A stretch of DNA of 64,000 bases from an uncultured Chloroflexia bacterium. Its GTDB lineage: Bacteria > Chloroflexota > Limnocylindria > QHBO01. The position numbers and the translations under genes are program-made. The notes beneath the pieces are model-generated. The model made no database searches. It had not been told where the DNA came from and was given only the letters and a program-made list of their open reading frames with translations. Below are positions 33,059 to 44,546 of this stretch, in pieces. Location: positions 439,453-503,452 of the forward strand of contig CAWEDO010000001.1 of the NCBI GenBank assembly GCA_963807915.1, in the 5' to 3' direction. Position 1 is the stretch's first letter. Every line of letters begins with the position of its first letter.

Positions 33059-34213
33059 GTGTCGTTGCCCACGCACCACCTGTACGTCCACGTCCCCTTC
33101 TGTCGGCTGGTCTGCGCCTACTGCGACTTCGTGACCGTTGGCGGGCGAGCCGCCCAGATCGCGGGTTACCCCGATCTGCTGCTCGCAGAGCTGGCGCTGC
33201 GCGAGGCCTCAGACGAGCTGGCGACCATCTATTTCGGCGGCGGCACGCCATCCCTGCTCCCGGCCGATGGCGTGGCGCGCGTCATCGCCGAAGCCCGTGA
33301 CCGATGGGGGATAACACCCAGCGAGGTCACCCTCGAGGCCAACCCAAGCGCCCGCGAGGCGCCTGACTGGTCGGGGCTGCGGGATGCCGGCGTGAATCGG
33401 ATCTCACTCGGCATCCAGTCGCTGCGCGACCCCGAGCTGCTCGCTTTGGCGCGGGGGCAGACGGCCGCCGAGGGCGAAGCCGCCTACGCCGCGGCCCGCA
33501 CGGCCGGCTTCTCCAACGTCTCGATCGACCTCATCTATGGAATCCCGGGTCAGTCGCTGGCCGACTGGCGTGATGGCCTCAGCCGTGCGCTGGCACTCGT
33601 CCCGGATCATCTCTCCCTGTACGCCCTCCAGCTCGCGCTCGCGCCCGATGAATGGGCAGCCCCGCCGCGACGAGGCGCCCTGCGCTGGCGTGAGCGGATG
33701 GCCTCCCGCCAGGACGATGGCCTGGCGGGAGGCCAATACCAACTCGCCGAGGAGGTGCTGGGCGACGCGGGATACCATCACTACGAGCTCTCCTCCTGGG
33801 CGCGGCCTGGGTTCGAATCCCGCCACAACTCCGCATACTGGGAGCGCCGGCCGTACACGGGGATCGGCGCCGGCGCACATTCCTTTGACGAACGAAGCCG
33901 GTCCTGGAACGAGCGCGATCTCGATCGGTACGCGACGCGCACGGCGGCCGGCGAGCGCGCCATGGCCGGCAGCGAGGAGCTCGACGACCCGACGCGAGCC
34001 TTCGAGGCGGTTGCGCTCGGCCTGCGGCAAGTGGACGGCTTCTCGCGTGCCGCGTTCGCCGACGAGTTCGGCGAGGACCCCGTGGCCCGCTTCTCGGACG
34101 CCGTGGAAGCGGGGACCGCGTCCGGCCTCCTCGAGGTCACCACTGAGATGATCCGCCTCACGCCCCGCGGGCGGCTGTTTGCGAACGAGGCACTCGTCGC
34201 CTTCGCGCCGTGA
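33059..34213 (+). CDS. hemW: Radical SAM haem chaperone HemW (HemN-like, oxygen-independent coproporphyrinogen oxidase-like)
   Basis: LYVHVPFCRLVCAYCDF carries the CxxxCxxC motif; HemN C-terminal domain; 384 aa. Sits in the lepA-hemW-hrcA position as in Bacillus. Confidence 0.85.
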   Translation: MSLPTHHLYVHVPFCRLVCAYCDFVTVGGRAAQIAGYPDLLLAELALREASDELATIYFGGGTPSLLPADGVARVIAEARDRWGITPSEVTLEANPSAREAPDWSGLRDAGVNRISLGIQSLRDPELLALARGQTAAEGEAAYAAARTAGFSNVSIDLIYGIPGQSLADWRDGLSRALALVPDHLSLYALQLALAPDEWAAPPRRGALRWRERMASRQDDGLAGGQYQLAEEVLGDAGYHHYELSSWARPGFESRHNSAYWERRPYTGIGAGAHSFDERSRSWNERDLDRYATRTAAGERAMAGSEELDDPTRAFEAVALGLRQVDGFSRAAFADEFGEDPVARFSDAVEAGTASGLLEVTTEMIRLTPRGRLFANEALVAFAP

Positions 34214-34235
34214 GCGGTGGTGGGGCGACCGCGCG

Positions 34236-34265
34236 TTGACATCGGTCCGGCAGGGTTGGTACGAT
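34236..34265 (+). promoter_or_regulatory. Sigma-A type promoter of the hrcA-grpE-dnaK operon (TTGACA -N18- TACGAT)
   Basis: Consensus -35 hexamer at 34236-34241 and -10 TACGAT at 34260-34265. The CIRCE operator lies immediately downstream. Confidence 0.5.
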
Positions 34266-34279
34266 TCGCGGCACACGAG

Positions 34280-34306
34280 TTAGCACTCTCACCCTTAGAG
34301 TGCCAA
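34280..34306 (+). promoter_or_regulatory. CIRCE operator (HrcA binding site): TTAGCACTC-N9-GAGTGCCAA
   Basis: Matches the CIRCE consensus TTAGCACTC-N9-GAGTGCTAA with one mismatch. It is 23 nt upstream of the hrcA start. Confidence 0.85.
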
Positions 34307-34328
34307 CGCACCCGGAACGGAGGTCGGT

Positions 34329-35438
34329 TTGGCCGACGAGCGGATGATCCGCAGCGACAAGAACGCTCCGTCTCGGTCACAACTCGAGCTGACCGAGCGG
34401 CAGCGCATCGTGCTGCGCGCCGTGGTCGAGGACTACGTCCTGAACGCGGTTCCCGTCGGCTCCCAGGCGCTCGTCGAGCGCTACGGGCTGCTCGTCAGCT
34501 CGGCAACCGTCCGGAGCGCAATGGCGGAGCTCGAATCGCTTGGGCTGCTCTCGCATCCGCACACGAGTGCCGGACGCGTGCCGTCGGACCTCGGCTACCG
34601 CATCTACGTCGAGTCGCTGATGCGCGAGGCGGCCCTCGACCGCGCCGACCAGTTGATGATCCGCCACCAGTTCAGCCAGGTGCAGCTGACGAGCAATGAG
34701 TGGCTCCGGCTGGCGGCCTCGATCCTGGCCACCAGCACGCGCTCCGCGGCGGTCGTCACACCCGCGCGTGCGCGTCGGGCGCGTTTTGGGCACGTGCAGC
34801 TGGTCGAGCTGGCCGACAAGGCGCGCCTGGCCGTCCTCGTCCTCGGCGATGGCAACGTCGTGCAGCGGCGCCTGGATCGCATCGGGTTCGAGAAGGCAAC
34901 AAGCGGCCAGGCGACTGGCCAGGCAGAGCTCGACGCGGCGGCGGCCGCGCTGAACACGGAGCTCGCCGGCCTGTCGGCGCCGCAGGTGCGACGCAAGCTG
35001 ACGAAGCTCGGTCCCCTCGCGGCGCACGTCGGCGAGGTGCTGGTGGGGATGCTCGAGGAATCCGACTCGGTGGCCGTCGAGGAGGTCTTCACCGATGGCA
35101 TCGTCAACGTCCTGGAGCAGCCGGAGTTCGCCGGCGGCGCCAAGCTGCGTGGCGTGCTGGAGGTGCTCCAGCGCTCCGACTTCCTGGAGCAGCTGGTTCC
35201 CGTCCTCAGCCGTCGCGGCGGGGTGACGGTGATCATCGGCCACGAGAACGTCAATGACGCGATGCACGAGGTGAGCCTCGTCTTCGCCCCGTATGGCACC
35301 ACCGACAGCGCCCTGGGCCTGCTCGGTGTGCTCGGCCCGACCCGGATGCCCTATCCGCGGGCCATTCCGACCGTCCGCTACCTCTCCAACCTGATGAACG
35401 AGCTGATCACGAATCACCCGACGGAGAACCATGACTGA
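34329..35438 (+). CDS. hrcA: Heat-inducible transcription repressor HrcA
   Basis: LTERQRIVLRAVVEDYVLNAVPVGSQAL... N-terminal wHTH. TTG start with GGAGG RBS; an in-frame ATG at 34344 is the alternative. Confidence 0.9.
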   Translation: MADERMIRSDKNAPSRSQLELTERQRIVLRAVVEDYVLNAVPVGSQALVERYGLLVSSATVRSAMAELESLGLLSHPHTSAGRVPSDLGYRIYVESLMREAALDRADQLMIRHQFSQVQLTSNEWLRLAASILATSTRSAAVVTPARARRARFGHVQLVELADKARLAVLVLGDGNVVQRRLDRIGFEKATSGQATGQAELDAAAAALNTELAGLSAPQVRRKLTKLGPLAAHVGEVLVGMLEESDSVAVEEVFTDGIVNVLEQPEFAGGAKLRGVLEVLQRSDFLEQLVPVLSRRGGVTVIIGHENVNDAMHEVSLVFAPYGTTDSALGLLGVLGPTRMPYPRAIPTVRYLSNLMNELITNHPTENHD

Positions 35439-35997
35439 GCGACCCACCAACGGCGCCCCGAACGGCGCCCCGGAGGACGCGCGCCACGCGCGCGGACCTT
35501 CCCGCAACGCATTGATCGAAAAGATCGAGGATCTCGAGCGCGTCCTCGAGCAGACCCGGGACCAGTCCGACGAGCACCTGCGTGGCATGCAGCGCGCCGC
35601 CGCCGACTTCGCCAACTACCGGCGCCGGGTCGACGAGGAGCGCGAGGGGCTGTCGCAGTTCAGCAACGCGCTGCTGATCAGCAAGGTGCTGTCGGTCCTC
35701 GACGACTTCGACCGCGCCCTGGAGAACGTCCCCCCGGACATCGACGAGGGCTGGGTCGACGGGGTGCGCCTCGTCGAGCGCAAGCTGCGCAACCTGCTCG
35801 AGGCCGAGGGCGTGACCCAGATCGAGGCGCTCGGCCAGCCATTTGATCCAAACCTGCACGAGGCGGTCGTCCACGAGGAGACCGCGGACCATCCCGACAA
35901 CCAGGTGATCGGCGAGCTGCAGCGGGGCTACCGGCTGCGTGACCGGGTCCTGCGCCCATCGCTCGTCCGCGTCGCGAACAACCCGAAGGAGCACTGA
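35431..35997 (+). CDS. grpE: Nucleotide exchange factor GrpE
   Basis: GrpE coiled-coil and beta-domain ([14 protein letters not shown]...). 8-nt overlap with hrcA. Confidence 0.9.
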   Translation: MTERPTNGAPNGAPEDARHARGPSRNALIEKIEDLERVLEQTRDQSDEHLRGMQRAAADFANYRRRVDEEREGLSQFSNALLISKVLSVLDDFDRALENVPPDIDEGWVDGVRLVERKLRNLLEAEGVTQIEALGQPFDPNLHEAVVHEETADHPDNQVIGELQRGYRLRDRVLRPSLVRVANNPKEH

Positions 35998-36001
35998 CAA
36001 C

Positions 36002-37942
<1,941 letters not shown>

Positions 37943-37964
37943 CGGAACTTCGGGACACGGGATA

Positions 37965-38025
37965 GGGCCCGGCGATCATCCCTCGGCTGGCTAGCGCAAC
38001 AGCCTTCGGGACGATCGCCGGGCCC
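37965..38025 (+). terminator. Long GC hairpin (18-bp stem, 17/18 paired, ~25-nt loop) immediately after the dnaK stop; putative transcription terminator
   Basis: GGGCCCGGCGATCATCCC ... GGGACGATCGCCGGGCCC inverted repeat, followed by CTTCACAAC. Confidence 0.6.
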
Positions 38026-38101
38026 CTTCACAACTCGGCAAGCTCCGGTAGGCATCCTTGCGTATGAGTCTCGTGGCTGGTCTGGAACCGCCTGTCTGGG
38101 A

Positions 38102-38419
38102 TCAGGGCGTGACGTCCGTCACCTCGTAGAACACCACGAGTGGCGCGAGACGCTGGAACTTCTCGCGCTCGGCTGGGCTGTCGCCCATCGCGTTCAGGGC
38201 ATCCACCGTCGCCATCCAGTCGGTCAGGGAATCGAAGGTGGCTTCAAGGACGCGCGAGTATGGAGACGGACCTCCACGACTCATCACCGTCCCGTCGTTC
38301 ACCCGGAGCGAACGGAGCCCCGCGGCGCTGGTGAACTGCGGGATCAGCCGCTCAGTGAGGAGCTCATCAACCTCGGCTTCGTCGAACTCCCTGGGGAACA
38401 GGTTGAGCACGTCGATCAT
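38102..38419 (-). CDS. Small dimeric alpha/beta-barrel protein (EthD/Dabb-like), function unknown
   Basis: 105 aa with coding-like composition and no signal peptide. Weak resemblance to the EthD family. Confidence 0.45.
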   Translation of the reverse strand: MIDVLNLFPREFDEAEVDELLTERLIPQFTSAAGLRSLRVNDGTVMSRGGPSPYSRVLEATFDSLTDWMATVDALNAMGDSPAEREKFQRLAPLVVFYEVTDVTP

Positions 38420-38447
38420 CAGGGACCTCCTTGGTCACGCATTTGCG

Positions 38448-39206
38448 TCAGCCGATGAAGATCAGTTTGAACCCGGCGATGACGAGTACCGCCGCGAGGG
38501 CGCGCCTCAGCCAGAGCGTGGGCGCACGGCGGTTGCCGGCCTCGGAGCCGATGACCGCGCCGATCACCACGGCGGCGATCCAGAGTGGAAGGGTGCTGGG
38601 CAGGGCGGCCAGCCGGGAGACGCTGCCGGCGAGGCCGGCGATTGAGTTGCCGAGAATGAAGGGGGCGGCAATGCCGGACGCGGCGCGCGTCTCGGCCCAA
38701 CCGGCGAGGAGAACCACCGGGCTCAGGAAGATCCCGCCCCCGGTGCCGGTCAGGCCCGACAGCAGGCCAATCGCGGCGCCAATGCCAACCGCCGGCAGGG
38801 TCGGGACCTGGGGCTTCGCGCGACCGGTATCGGCTTCCGCGGCTCGCCTGGCCGTCATCGCCATCCCGGCCGCTGCAAGGAGGAGCACCACGCCGACCAA
38901 CTTCTTGTAGAGCGCCGGTGCCACCGGGAGCGAACCCCCAAGGAACGCCAGGGGGACCGAGCCGATCAGGAACGGCAGCAGCGCGCGACCCGAGATGTAG
39001 CCGCCACGCCAGAAGCGGAACGTGACGAAGGTCGCGACCACGATGTTCAGGGCCAGCGCGGTCGGGCGAGCGACGTCGGGGGCGACCCCGGTGAGGGCCA
39101 TGATCGCCAGGTAGGCAGACGCCCCGGCATGCCCTACGGAGGCGTAGAGCAGCGCCGCGATCAGGAACAGGGCGGCGAGGAGAAGCGGGTCGATCACCGA
39201 CGGCAT
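38448..39206 (-). CDS. TauE/SafE (DUF81) family sulfite/organosulfonate exporter
   Basis: Internal start MPSVIDPLLLAALFLIAALLYASVGHAGAS... Two 4-TM halves with the GxGGG motif (LTGTGGGIFLSP). Confidence 0.75.
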   Translation of the reverse strand: MPSVIDPLLLAALFLIAALLYASVGHAGASAYLAIMALTGVAPDVARPTALALNIVVATFVTFRFWRGGYISGRALLPFLIGSVPLAFLGGSLPVAPALYKKLVGVVLLLAAAGMAMTARRAAEADTGRAKPQVPTLPAVGIGAAIGLLSGLTGTGGGIFLSPVVLLAGWAETRAASGIAAPFILGNSIAGLAGSVSRLAALPSTLPLWIAAVVIGAVIGSEAGNRRAPTLWLRRALAAVLVIAGFKLIFIG

Positions 39207-39272
39207 CGTAGTCAGCGGACGGTTGGGCTCGCTCGGCCGTTCGTAGAATCGCCGCATGCCGTTCTGCAGACC

Positions 39273-39902
39273 ATGGAGGGCGCGACCATGACCAAGATCT
39301 GGAGCGAGACGCGCGTTGCGCGGGTGAAGGAGCAGGTCGCGGACGTCGCGACGCTCGCGTGGCTTTGGTTCTGGGGGAGCATCGCCTGGCAGCTCTTCCA
39401 GCTCCTCGCCGGCTTCGCCCAGGCCGGCCGGACCATCCACGCCGGCGGCCAGTCGATGATCCAGGGTGGACGCGACCTGGGGGAGTCGCTGTCGGGGATC
39501 CCGCTTGTCGGGGAGGGCGCCCGAGACATCGTCCGGAACGCGTTTGCTGGCGCCGGGACGCCCCTATCCCAGTTTGGGACGGATCTGGAGCGCTTCATTC
39601 TCATCGTCGCGACTCTGTTGACCCTCCTCTTCGCGCTGGCGACGCTCGGGCCGTGGCTGGCCCGCTATCTCCCGTGGCGCTGGGAACGGCTGCAGCGGGT
39701 GCGCGCCGCCCATCGGGTGATCCGGACGGCGCCCAAGGTGAGTGACGTCCAGGTCGAACGTGCCCTTGCGATGCGGGCCTTCTCGCGGCTCGACTACGCA
39801 ACGCTCCTCGAGTACAGCTCCGATCCCCTGGGCGACTGGGCCAGGGGCCGCCATGATCGGCTGGCCCGGGCTGAGCTTGCCAGCGTCGGCCTGCGCCCAT
39901 AG
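39273..39902 (+). CDS. Hypothetical membrane protein
   Basis: Start MEGATMTKIWSETRVARVKEQ... (ATG 39273 or 39288). Two hydrophobic segments (WLWFWGSIAWQLFQLLAGF; FILIVATLLTLLFALATLGPWL). Confidence 0.45.
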   Translation: MEGATMTKIWSETRVARVKEQVADVATLAWLWFWGSIAWQLFQLLAGFAQAGRTIHAGGQSMIQGGRDLGESLSGIPLVGEGARDIVRNAFAGAGTPLSQFGTDLERFILIVATLLTLLFALATLGPWLARYLPWRWERLQRVRAAHRVIRTAPKVSDVQVERALAMRAFSRLDYATLLEYSSDPLGDWARGRHDRLARAELASVGLRP

Positions 39903-39931
39903 AAAAACCGCCCCGGCCGAAGCCGGAGCGG
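39903..39931 (-). terminator. Rho-independent terminator on the minus strand (CCGCCCCGGC-CGAA-GCCGGAGCGG stem followed by TTTTT), downstream of the ABM-like gene; also abuts the stop of the plus-strand gene
   Basis: 10-bp stem with one mismatch and a tetraloop. The A5 run on the plus strand is a U5 tract on the minus strand. Confidence 0.55.
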
Positions 39932-40001
39932 TCTTGGTAGCTGCGAGTGCAGGGGCGGCGGGTAGGCCGACCGCCCGTGCCGGGCAGCTTGCGAAAGCGG
40001 A

Positions 40002-40307
40002 CTAGGCGGTGACGGGCACGCCACGGAAGAGGACCAGGTCACCGATGTGCGTGGTCACGAGGCGAACGCGGTCCGCGATGTTCTGGCGGACCCAGGTGGC
40101 GGCCATGTCAGCCGACTTGAGGGCCTCTTCGCGGGTCTCCCAGATGCTGATCGAGAGCACCTTGTGGTTGCCGGCGTCGACCAGTCCGTAGTTCACGAAG
40201 CCAGGCTCCTTGACGAAGGTCGGCAAGATGCCGGTCTCGGCAATGCTGGTCAGCTCGGGGAAGGTCCCCTTGGTCAGATCGTAGGTCGAGATTCGTGTGT
40301 AGCGCAT
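40002..40307 (-). CDS. Antibiotic-biosynthesis-monooxygenase (ABM)-like / Dabb-type small protein
   Basis: 101 aa; ...VLSISIWETREEAL... is typical of ABM domains. Confidence 0.55.
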   Translation of the reverse strand: MRYTRISTYDLTKGTFPELTSIAETGILPTFVKEPGFVNYGLVDAGNHKVLSISIWETREEALKSADMAATWVRQNIADRVRLVTTHIGDLVLFRGVPVTA

Positions 40308-40484
40308 GGTTGACTCCTCTGCCCCCAGTTGCGGCCAAGTCGATACGAAACGGGTTTGCCAATGGCTCTCCGTCGCGCGACGGCCATGAGATCAGTCGGT
40401 TCGCAGCCTTGCAGCCGGATACGCAGTATACAGCCTGTGATAGATTAGCGCCAGCTCGATACATACTCGTACAGGAGTGGACAG

Positions 40485-40907
40485 GTGCCGAGGATCGAAT
40501 TCGAGGCGGATAGCGAGGAGCAGCTGCTCGCGCTCGCCTGGAGATGGGTGATGGGCCCGCGCCACGAGGCCGGCGATCCGGTGATGGACGAGGCGGACCA
40601 GGCGGACCTGCGTCGCAAGCAGCTGGGCGAGGTGCTCAACGCCATCCAGGGATCGGACAGCCGTCGCCTGCTCCGTGAGGTCGCGGACCTCTCCACCCGA
40701 AATGCTGCGCTGGTGCTGGACGCCGCTCTCACCGCCCGCTACGGGAAGCAGACGGGCACCGCCTTCGCAGGCATCGTGGCCGGGCCGAACAAGGTCATGC
40801 GGCGCGTGGCGCACCGGGACCTGATCACCTGGGACGCCGATGCGCGCGGCTACCGCATGGATCCGGCGGACGCCGAGATCGTGCTGCAGCGCTGGCCTGC
40901 GTCCTAG
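40485..40907 (+). CDS. Hypothetical protein (acidic, no recognisable domain)
   Basis: GTG start preceded by AGGAGTGGA. 140 aa. Its stop overlaps the convergent mscL stop. Confidence 0.45.
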   Translation: MPRIEFEADSEEQLLALAWRWVMGPRHEAGDPVMDEADQADLRRKQLGEVLNAIQGSDSRRLLREVADLSTRNAALVLDAALTARYGKQTGTAFAGIVAGPNKVMRRVAHRDLITWDADARGYRMDPADAEIVLQRWPAS

Positions 40908-41305
40908 GTCAGCTGGCTCGTGCAGGCAGGGCAGCGGGTGGCGGCGGTGGGGATGTCGGTGGCGCAGAAGGGGCAGGTCTTGAGCGGCGGTACGCCCTCG
41001 GGCTCGGGCTTCTTCAATCGCGCGGTCATCGCATTTACCGGCTTCACCACGAAGAAGAAGATCGCGGCCGCGATCAGGATGAAGCTGATGAGGGCGTTCA
41101 GGAATTTGCCGTAGGTGACGGTTGCCTCGCCAGCCTGGAACGAGAGCTCCGAGATTTGGCCCAGGCTGAGCAGCCCGAGCAGGGGCGTGAGGATGTCGGT
41201 CACGAACGAGTTCACCAGCGCACCGAAGGCGGCGCCGATGACGATGCCGACGGCGAGGTCGATGACGTTGCCCCGCAGGATGAAATCGCGGAATTCCCTG
41301 ATCAT
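40904..41305 (-). CDS. mscL: Large-conductance mechanosensitive channel MscL with a C-terminal CxxC...CxxC zinc-ribbon extension
   Basis: MIREFRDFILRGNVIDLAVGIVIGAAFGALV... TM1/TM2. The C-terminus carries KTCPFCATDIPTAATRCPACTSQLT. Confidence 0.8.
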   Translation of the reverse strand: MIREFRDFILRGNVIDLAVGIVIGAAFGALVNSFVTDILTPLLGLLSLGQISELSFQAGEATVTYGKFLNALISFILIAAAIFFFVVKPVNAMTARLKKPEPEGVPPLKTCPFCATDIPTAATRCPACTSQLT

Positions 41306-41328
41306 CGGGCCCTCCTACCGGCTGGCGT

Positions 41329-42200
41329 TCACGAGGCTCGGAGTATAGGTCGGGTCATGCAGGTCGGGCCCCCGGAACCATTGATCCCGACCTCGGTCGC
41401 GGGATAGGTGTGGACTTCGCAGCCAGCCGCCTCCAGCGCAACCTGGGTGACCGGGTTGCCCTCGGCCATGATCAGCACGCCGGGCCGCACCGCGAGGACG
41501 TTGCAGCCGAGGGTCGGGTACTCGTCGTCGGGGACGGCGATGGTCCGGATATCGAGTTCTCCCAGCAGCGCCCACAGGCCCGCTGGGAGGAGCGGCGGGT
41601 AGATGACTGTCAGGTCGTCGGTGACCGGGGAGATGACCGACAGCAGGTGGACCAGCTCCGCTTCGCCCCGCCAGTAGGGCACGTCGAAGATGCGCACGAC
41701 CCCGCCGACCAGCTCCGCCAGCTGTTGCGCTCCGGCGTCGTTGGTGCGCAGCGAGCGGCCGATGCACAGCAGGCCTGGCCGCAGCCAGAACGTGTCGCCG
41801 CCCTCGATCGTCCCCGGCGGCTCGATGCGCCCAGGCTCGGGATTCCCGCGGCCGCCGTCCACGCCTCGAGCAGAGCGGGCTCGCCGCGGCGATTGGGCTT
41901 GCCCGGCCGCAGGGAGATGGTCCCGCGGTCGGTGACCAGGAGCGGGTCGAAGGTGTAGACGAGGTCCGGGTCATCGGTCTCCACATCGAGCGCATGGACC
42001 TCCACGCCAAGGCTCACGAGGAGGTCGACGTACGCGTCGTGCTCCCATTGCGCCGCGACGAGCTCCACCGGCATCAGGAAGCCGTGGGCCGGATCGTCGA
42101 AGGCACGACCGAAGGCAGGTCCGGGCCGATGGACGAGCGCCTCGCGCAGGGGAGCGGTCATGCTCTGGGCGCCCCAGCGGCGGGCCGGCCCATCGGTCAT
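41329..42200 (-). pseudogene. Amidinotransferase / dimethylarginine dimethylaminohydrolase (DDAH)-family gene disrupted by a frameshift near 41825-41862 (real pseudogene or indel error)
   Basis: The N-terminal 135 aa (MTDGPARRWGAQSMTAPLREALVHRP...RRGEPALLEAW) lie in ORF 41610..42263. The C-terminal 165 aa (...EPPGTIEGGD...GGPTCMTRPILR, with catalytic Cys) lie in ORF 41329..41862, offset by one frame. The start overlaps the stop of the upstream molybdoenzyme gene. Confidence 0.6.
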
Positions 42201-43267
42201 GTGGACCGAACCGAGACGTGCACCTTCTGGACGAGGTTGTTGCCGACCCCCTGGCGATTCCATGGCTGGTCAACCGGCTGGACGTTGCCGGCGGCATCGG
42301 TCGCTCGACAGGTGAGCTCGTGCTCGCCCGGCTTCGCGTCCCAGTCGAACGACCAGCCGCGCCATGCGAACTCGCCCGCCGGAGGGTCGAGCTGCGCATC
42401 GGCGCAGGCGCCATCGACGGCGACTTCGACGCGCTCCACCGTGCCCCCTCCCGACCAGGCTCGGCCGCGCAGCGTCACGTGACCGGCGTCGACCACCCGG
42501 TTGCGGGTGAAGAAGTCGGGGATTCCGGGCGGGACCATCAGGGCGTGGACCCGGATGCGCATGACCGGATCGTCGAGCTGGCCGGGCTCGACCTCGTAGT
42601 GGTAGGCCGGCGTCTGCTGGTAGCCGGTGAACGGCTCCGCCACCGCCTCGATGCCAGTCAGCCACTTCACGCTGGTCATGCCGTACCAGCCGGGCACCAC
42701 CAGCCGCAGCGGAAACCCGTGCTGGGGCTGGAGCGGTTGCCCGTTCATCTCGTAGGCGAGGAGCACCTCGGGACGGCGGGCATCGGCGATGGTCAGGCTG
42801 CGCTGGTAGTCCTGCTCGACCTCGCCCTGGATGCCGCGGTCCGCGCCGGTGAAGACAAGCTCGAGGGCCTCCGGGGCGAGGCCGGCCTCGTCGAGGAGCG
42901 GAGCCAGCGGCGTGCCGGTCCACTCCGCCGTGCTCACCGCCTCGAACAGCCAGGGCTGGCTCAACGCGCGTGGGGTCATCCGGGCGCGGCCGTTTCCGGC
43001 GCACTCCAGTGTCACGGGAATCGTCTCGCGCGGCCGGGTGCGGAGCTGGTCCAGCGTCAGCTCCATCGGCTCCTTGACCAGACCGCCAAGCCGAAGTCGC
43101 CAGGTGGCGGCATCCACCGCCGGGATGTCCCAGTGGATGAGCAGGTAGTGGAGGCCGGTTGGCGTCAGGTCGTAGCGCAGCGCTTCGAGCGGCATCCCGC
43201 GGTTGCGCGTCGCGAGCTGGAGCTCCTCGAAGGTGAGGGGACCCTCGGTGGGTTCGCTGGTCGCCAT
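42197..43267 (-). CDS. Sulfite-oxidase-family molybdopterin oxidoreductase (Moco domain plus dimerisation domain, no haem domain)
   Basis: 356 aa; TLECAGNGRA (Moco-binding Cys); Ig-like C-terminal domain; no signal peptide, so cytoplasmic. Confidence 0.8.
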   Translation of the reverse strand: MATSEPTEGPLTFEELQLATRNRGMPLEALRYDLTPTGLHYLLIHWDIPAVDAATWRLRLGGLVKEPMELTLDQLRTRPRETIPVTLECAGNGRARMTPRALSQPWLFEAVSTAEWTGTPLAPLLDEAGLAPEALELVFTGADRGIQGEVEQDYQRSLTIADARRPEVLLAYEMNGQPLQPQHGFPLRLVVPGWYGMTSVKWLTGIEAVAEPFTGYQQTPAYHYEVEPGQLDDPVMRIRVHALMVPPGIPDFFTRNRVVDAGHVTLRGRAWSGGGTVERVEVAVDGACADAQLDPPAGEFAWRGWSFDWDAKPGEHELTCRATDAAGNVQPVDQPWNRQGVGNNLVQKVHVSVRST

Positions 43268-43311
43268 GGTCGGGCCATGGTACGACCGCGAGTCTGGCTA
43301 GACTCGGACCG

Positions 43312-44103
43312 ATGCGCCTCGCCACCTGGAACGTCAACTCGCTCAAGGCCCGCCTCGACCGCGTGCTCGCCTGGACCGAGGCGATCGGGCCGGACATCCT
43401 GTGCATGCAGGAGACCAAGCTCAAGGACGAGACGATGCCCGAGCTCGACTTCCGGGCCCTGGGCTACGAGATCGCGCACCACGGGCTGGGGCAGTGGAAC
43501 GGGGTCGCGATCGCGTCGCGCGTCGGCATCAGCGACGTGCAGCCGGGTCTGCCGACATCAGACGGCTGGACCGATGACGGCGGCCGCTTCCTGGCCGCCA
43601 CCTGCGGCGGCGTCCGCGTGGCGAGCATCTACGTGCCCAACGGCCGGGTGGTCGGCTCCGAGTCGTACGACCAGAAGCTCGTCTGGCTGGACCGCATCAA
43701 CGAGTGGCTCATCACGGGGTGCGATCCGAAGGTCCCGATGGCGGTGTGCGGCGACTACAACGTGGCTCCCGCCGATGACGATGTCTACGACCCGGTGGCC
43801 GTGCACGGAGGCACGCACGTCTCCGGCCCGGAGAGGGAGGCAGTGGCGCGGATGCGCGAGTGGGGCCTCGTCGACGTCGTGCGGCGCTTCCACCCCGAGC
43901 CCGGCTTCTTCACCTGGTGGGATTATCGTGCCGGCAACTTCCACAAGAACCTGGGGATGAGGATTGACCACGTGTACGTGACCGAGCCGCTCGCCGCCCG
44001 AGCTGTCCGCGCCGAGCGCGACCGCGACGCGCGCAAGCCATCGACCTACCCGGGCATCCCCTCGGACCACGCCCCACTGGTCGTCGACTTCGAGGATCAG
44101 TGA
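43312..44103 (+). CDS. xth: Exodeoxyribonuclease III (AP endonuclease)
   Basis: MRLATWNVNSLKARL...CMQETK...SDHAPLVVDF. Confidence 0.9.
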   Translation: MRLATWNVNSLKARLDRVLAWTEAIGPDILCMQETKLKDETMPELDFRALGYEIAHHGLGQWNGVAIASRVGISDVQPGLPTSDGWTDDGGRFLAATCGGVRVASIYVPNGRVVGSESYDQKLVWLDRINEWLITGCDPKVPMAVCGDYNVAPADDDVYDPVAVHGGTHVSGPEREAVARMREWGLVDVVRRFHPEPGFFTWWDYRAGNFHKNLGMRIDHVYVTEPLAARAVRAERDRDARKPSTYPGIPSDHAPLVVDFEDQ

Positions 44104-44546
44104 TGAGCGATCAGGTTCTCGAGGAGTACATCGGGACGCTCGTCGACCCGCGCGGGGAGCCCGTTGTGCGGCAGCTCGATCGGATCATCCGGGCGACCGA
44201 ACCCGAGCTCGGGATGGCGATCAAGTACAAGATCCTGATGTACGGGCTGGGGGGCGACTTCCACACCTGGGTCTGCGCCATCAACTCCGGCCGGCGCCAT
44301 GTCTCGGTCAACTTCCTCTACGGCGTGATGCTCGACGATCCACGCAAGGTCCTCCGCGCCGGCAGCTCGGTGCTGATGTCCTGGGATTTCTCGTTCGACG
44401 AGGAGGTCGAGGCGGCGGCCCTGGGTCCGTACGTCGCCGAGGCGGTCAGGAAGAACCCCGACTACAAGGCGAACCGGCAGGCAGTGCAGGACGCCGCCTA
44501 CGCCGATGCCGAGAAGGCCGGCCGCCGCCCGAAGCCCCAAGGCTGA
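44100..44546 (+). CDS. DUF1801 (YdhG-like) domain protein
   Basis: 148 aa with the typical DUF1801 N-terminal half. ATGA overlap with xth. Confidence 0.7.
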   Translation: MMSDQVLEEYIGTLVDPRGEPVVRQLDRIIRATEPELGMAIKYKILMYGLGGDFHTWVCAINSGRRHVSVNFLYGVMLDDPRKVLRAGSSVLMSWDFSFDEEVEAAALGPYVAEAVRKNPDYKANRQAVQDAAYADAEKAGRRPKPQG

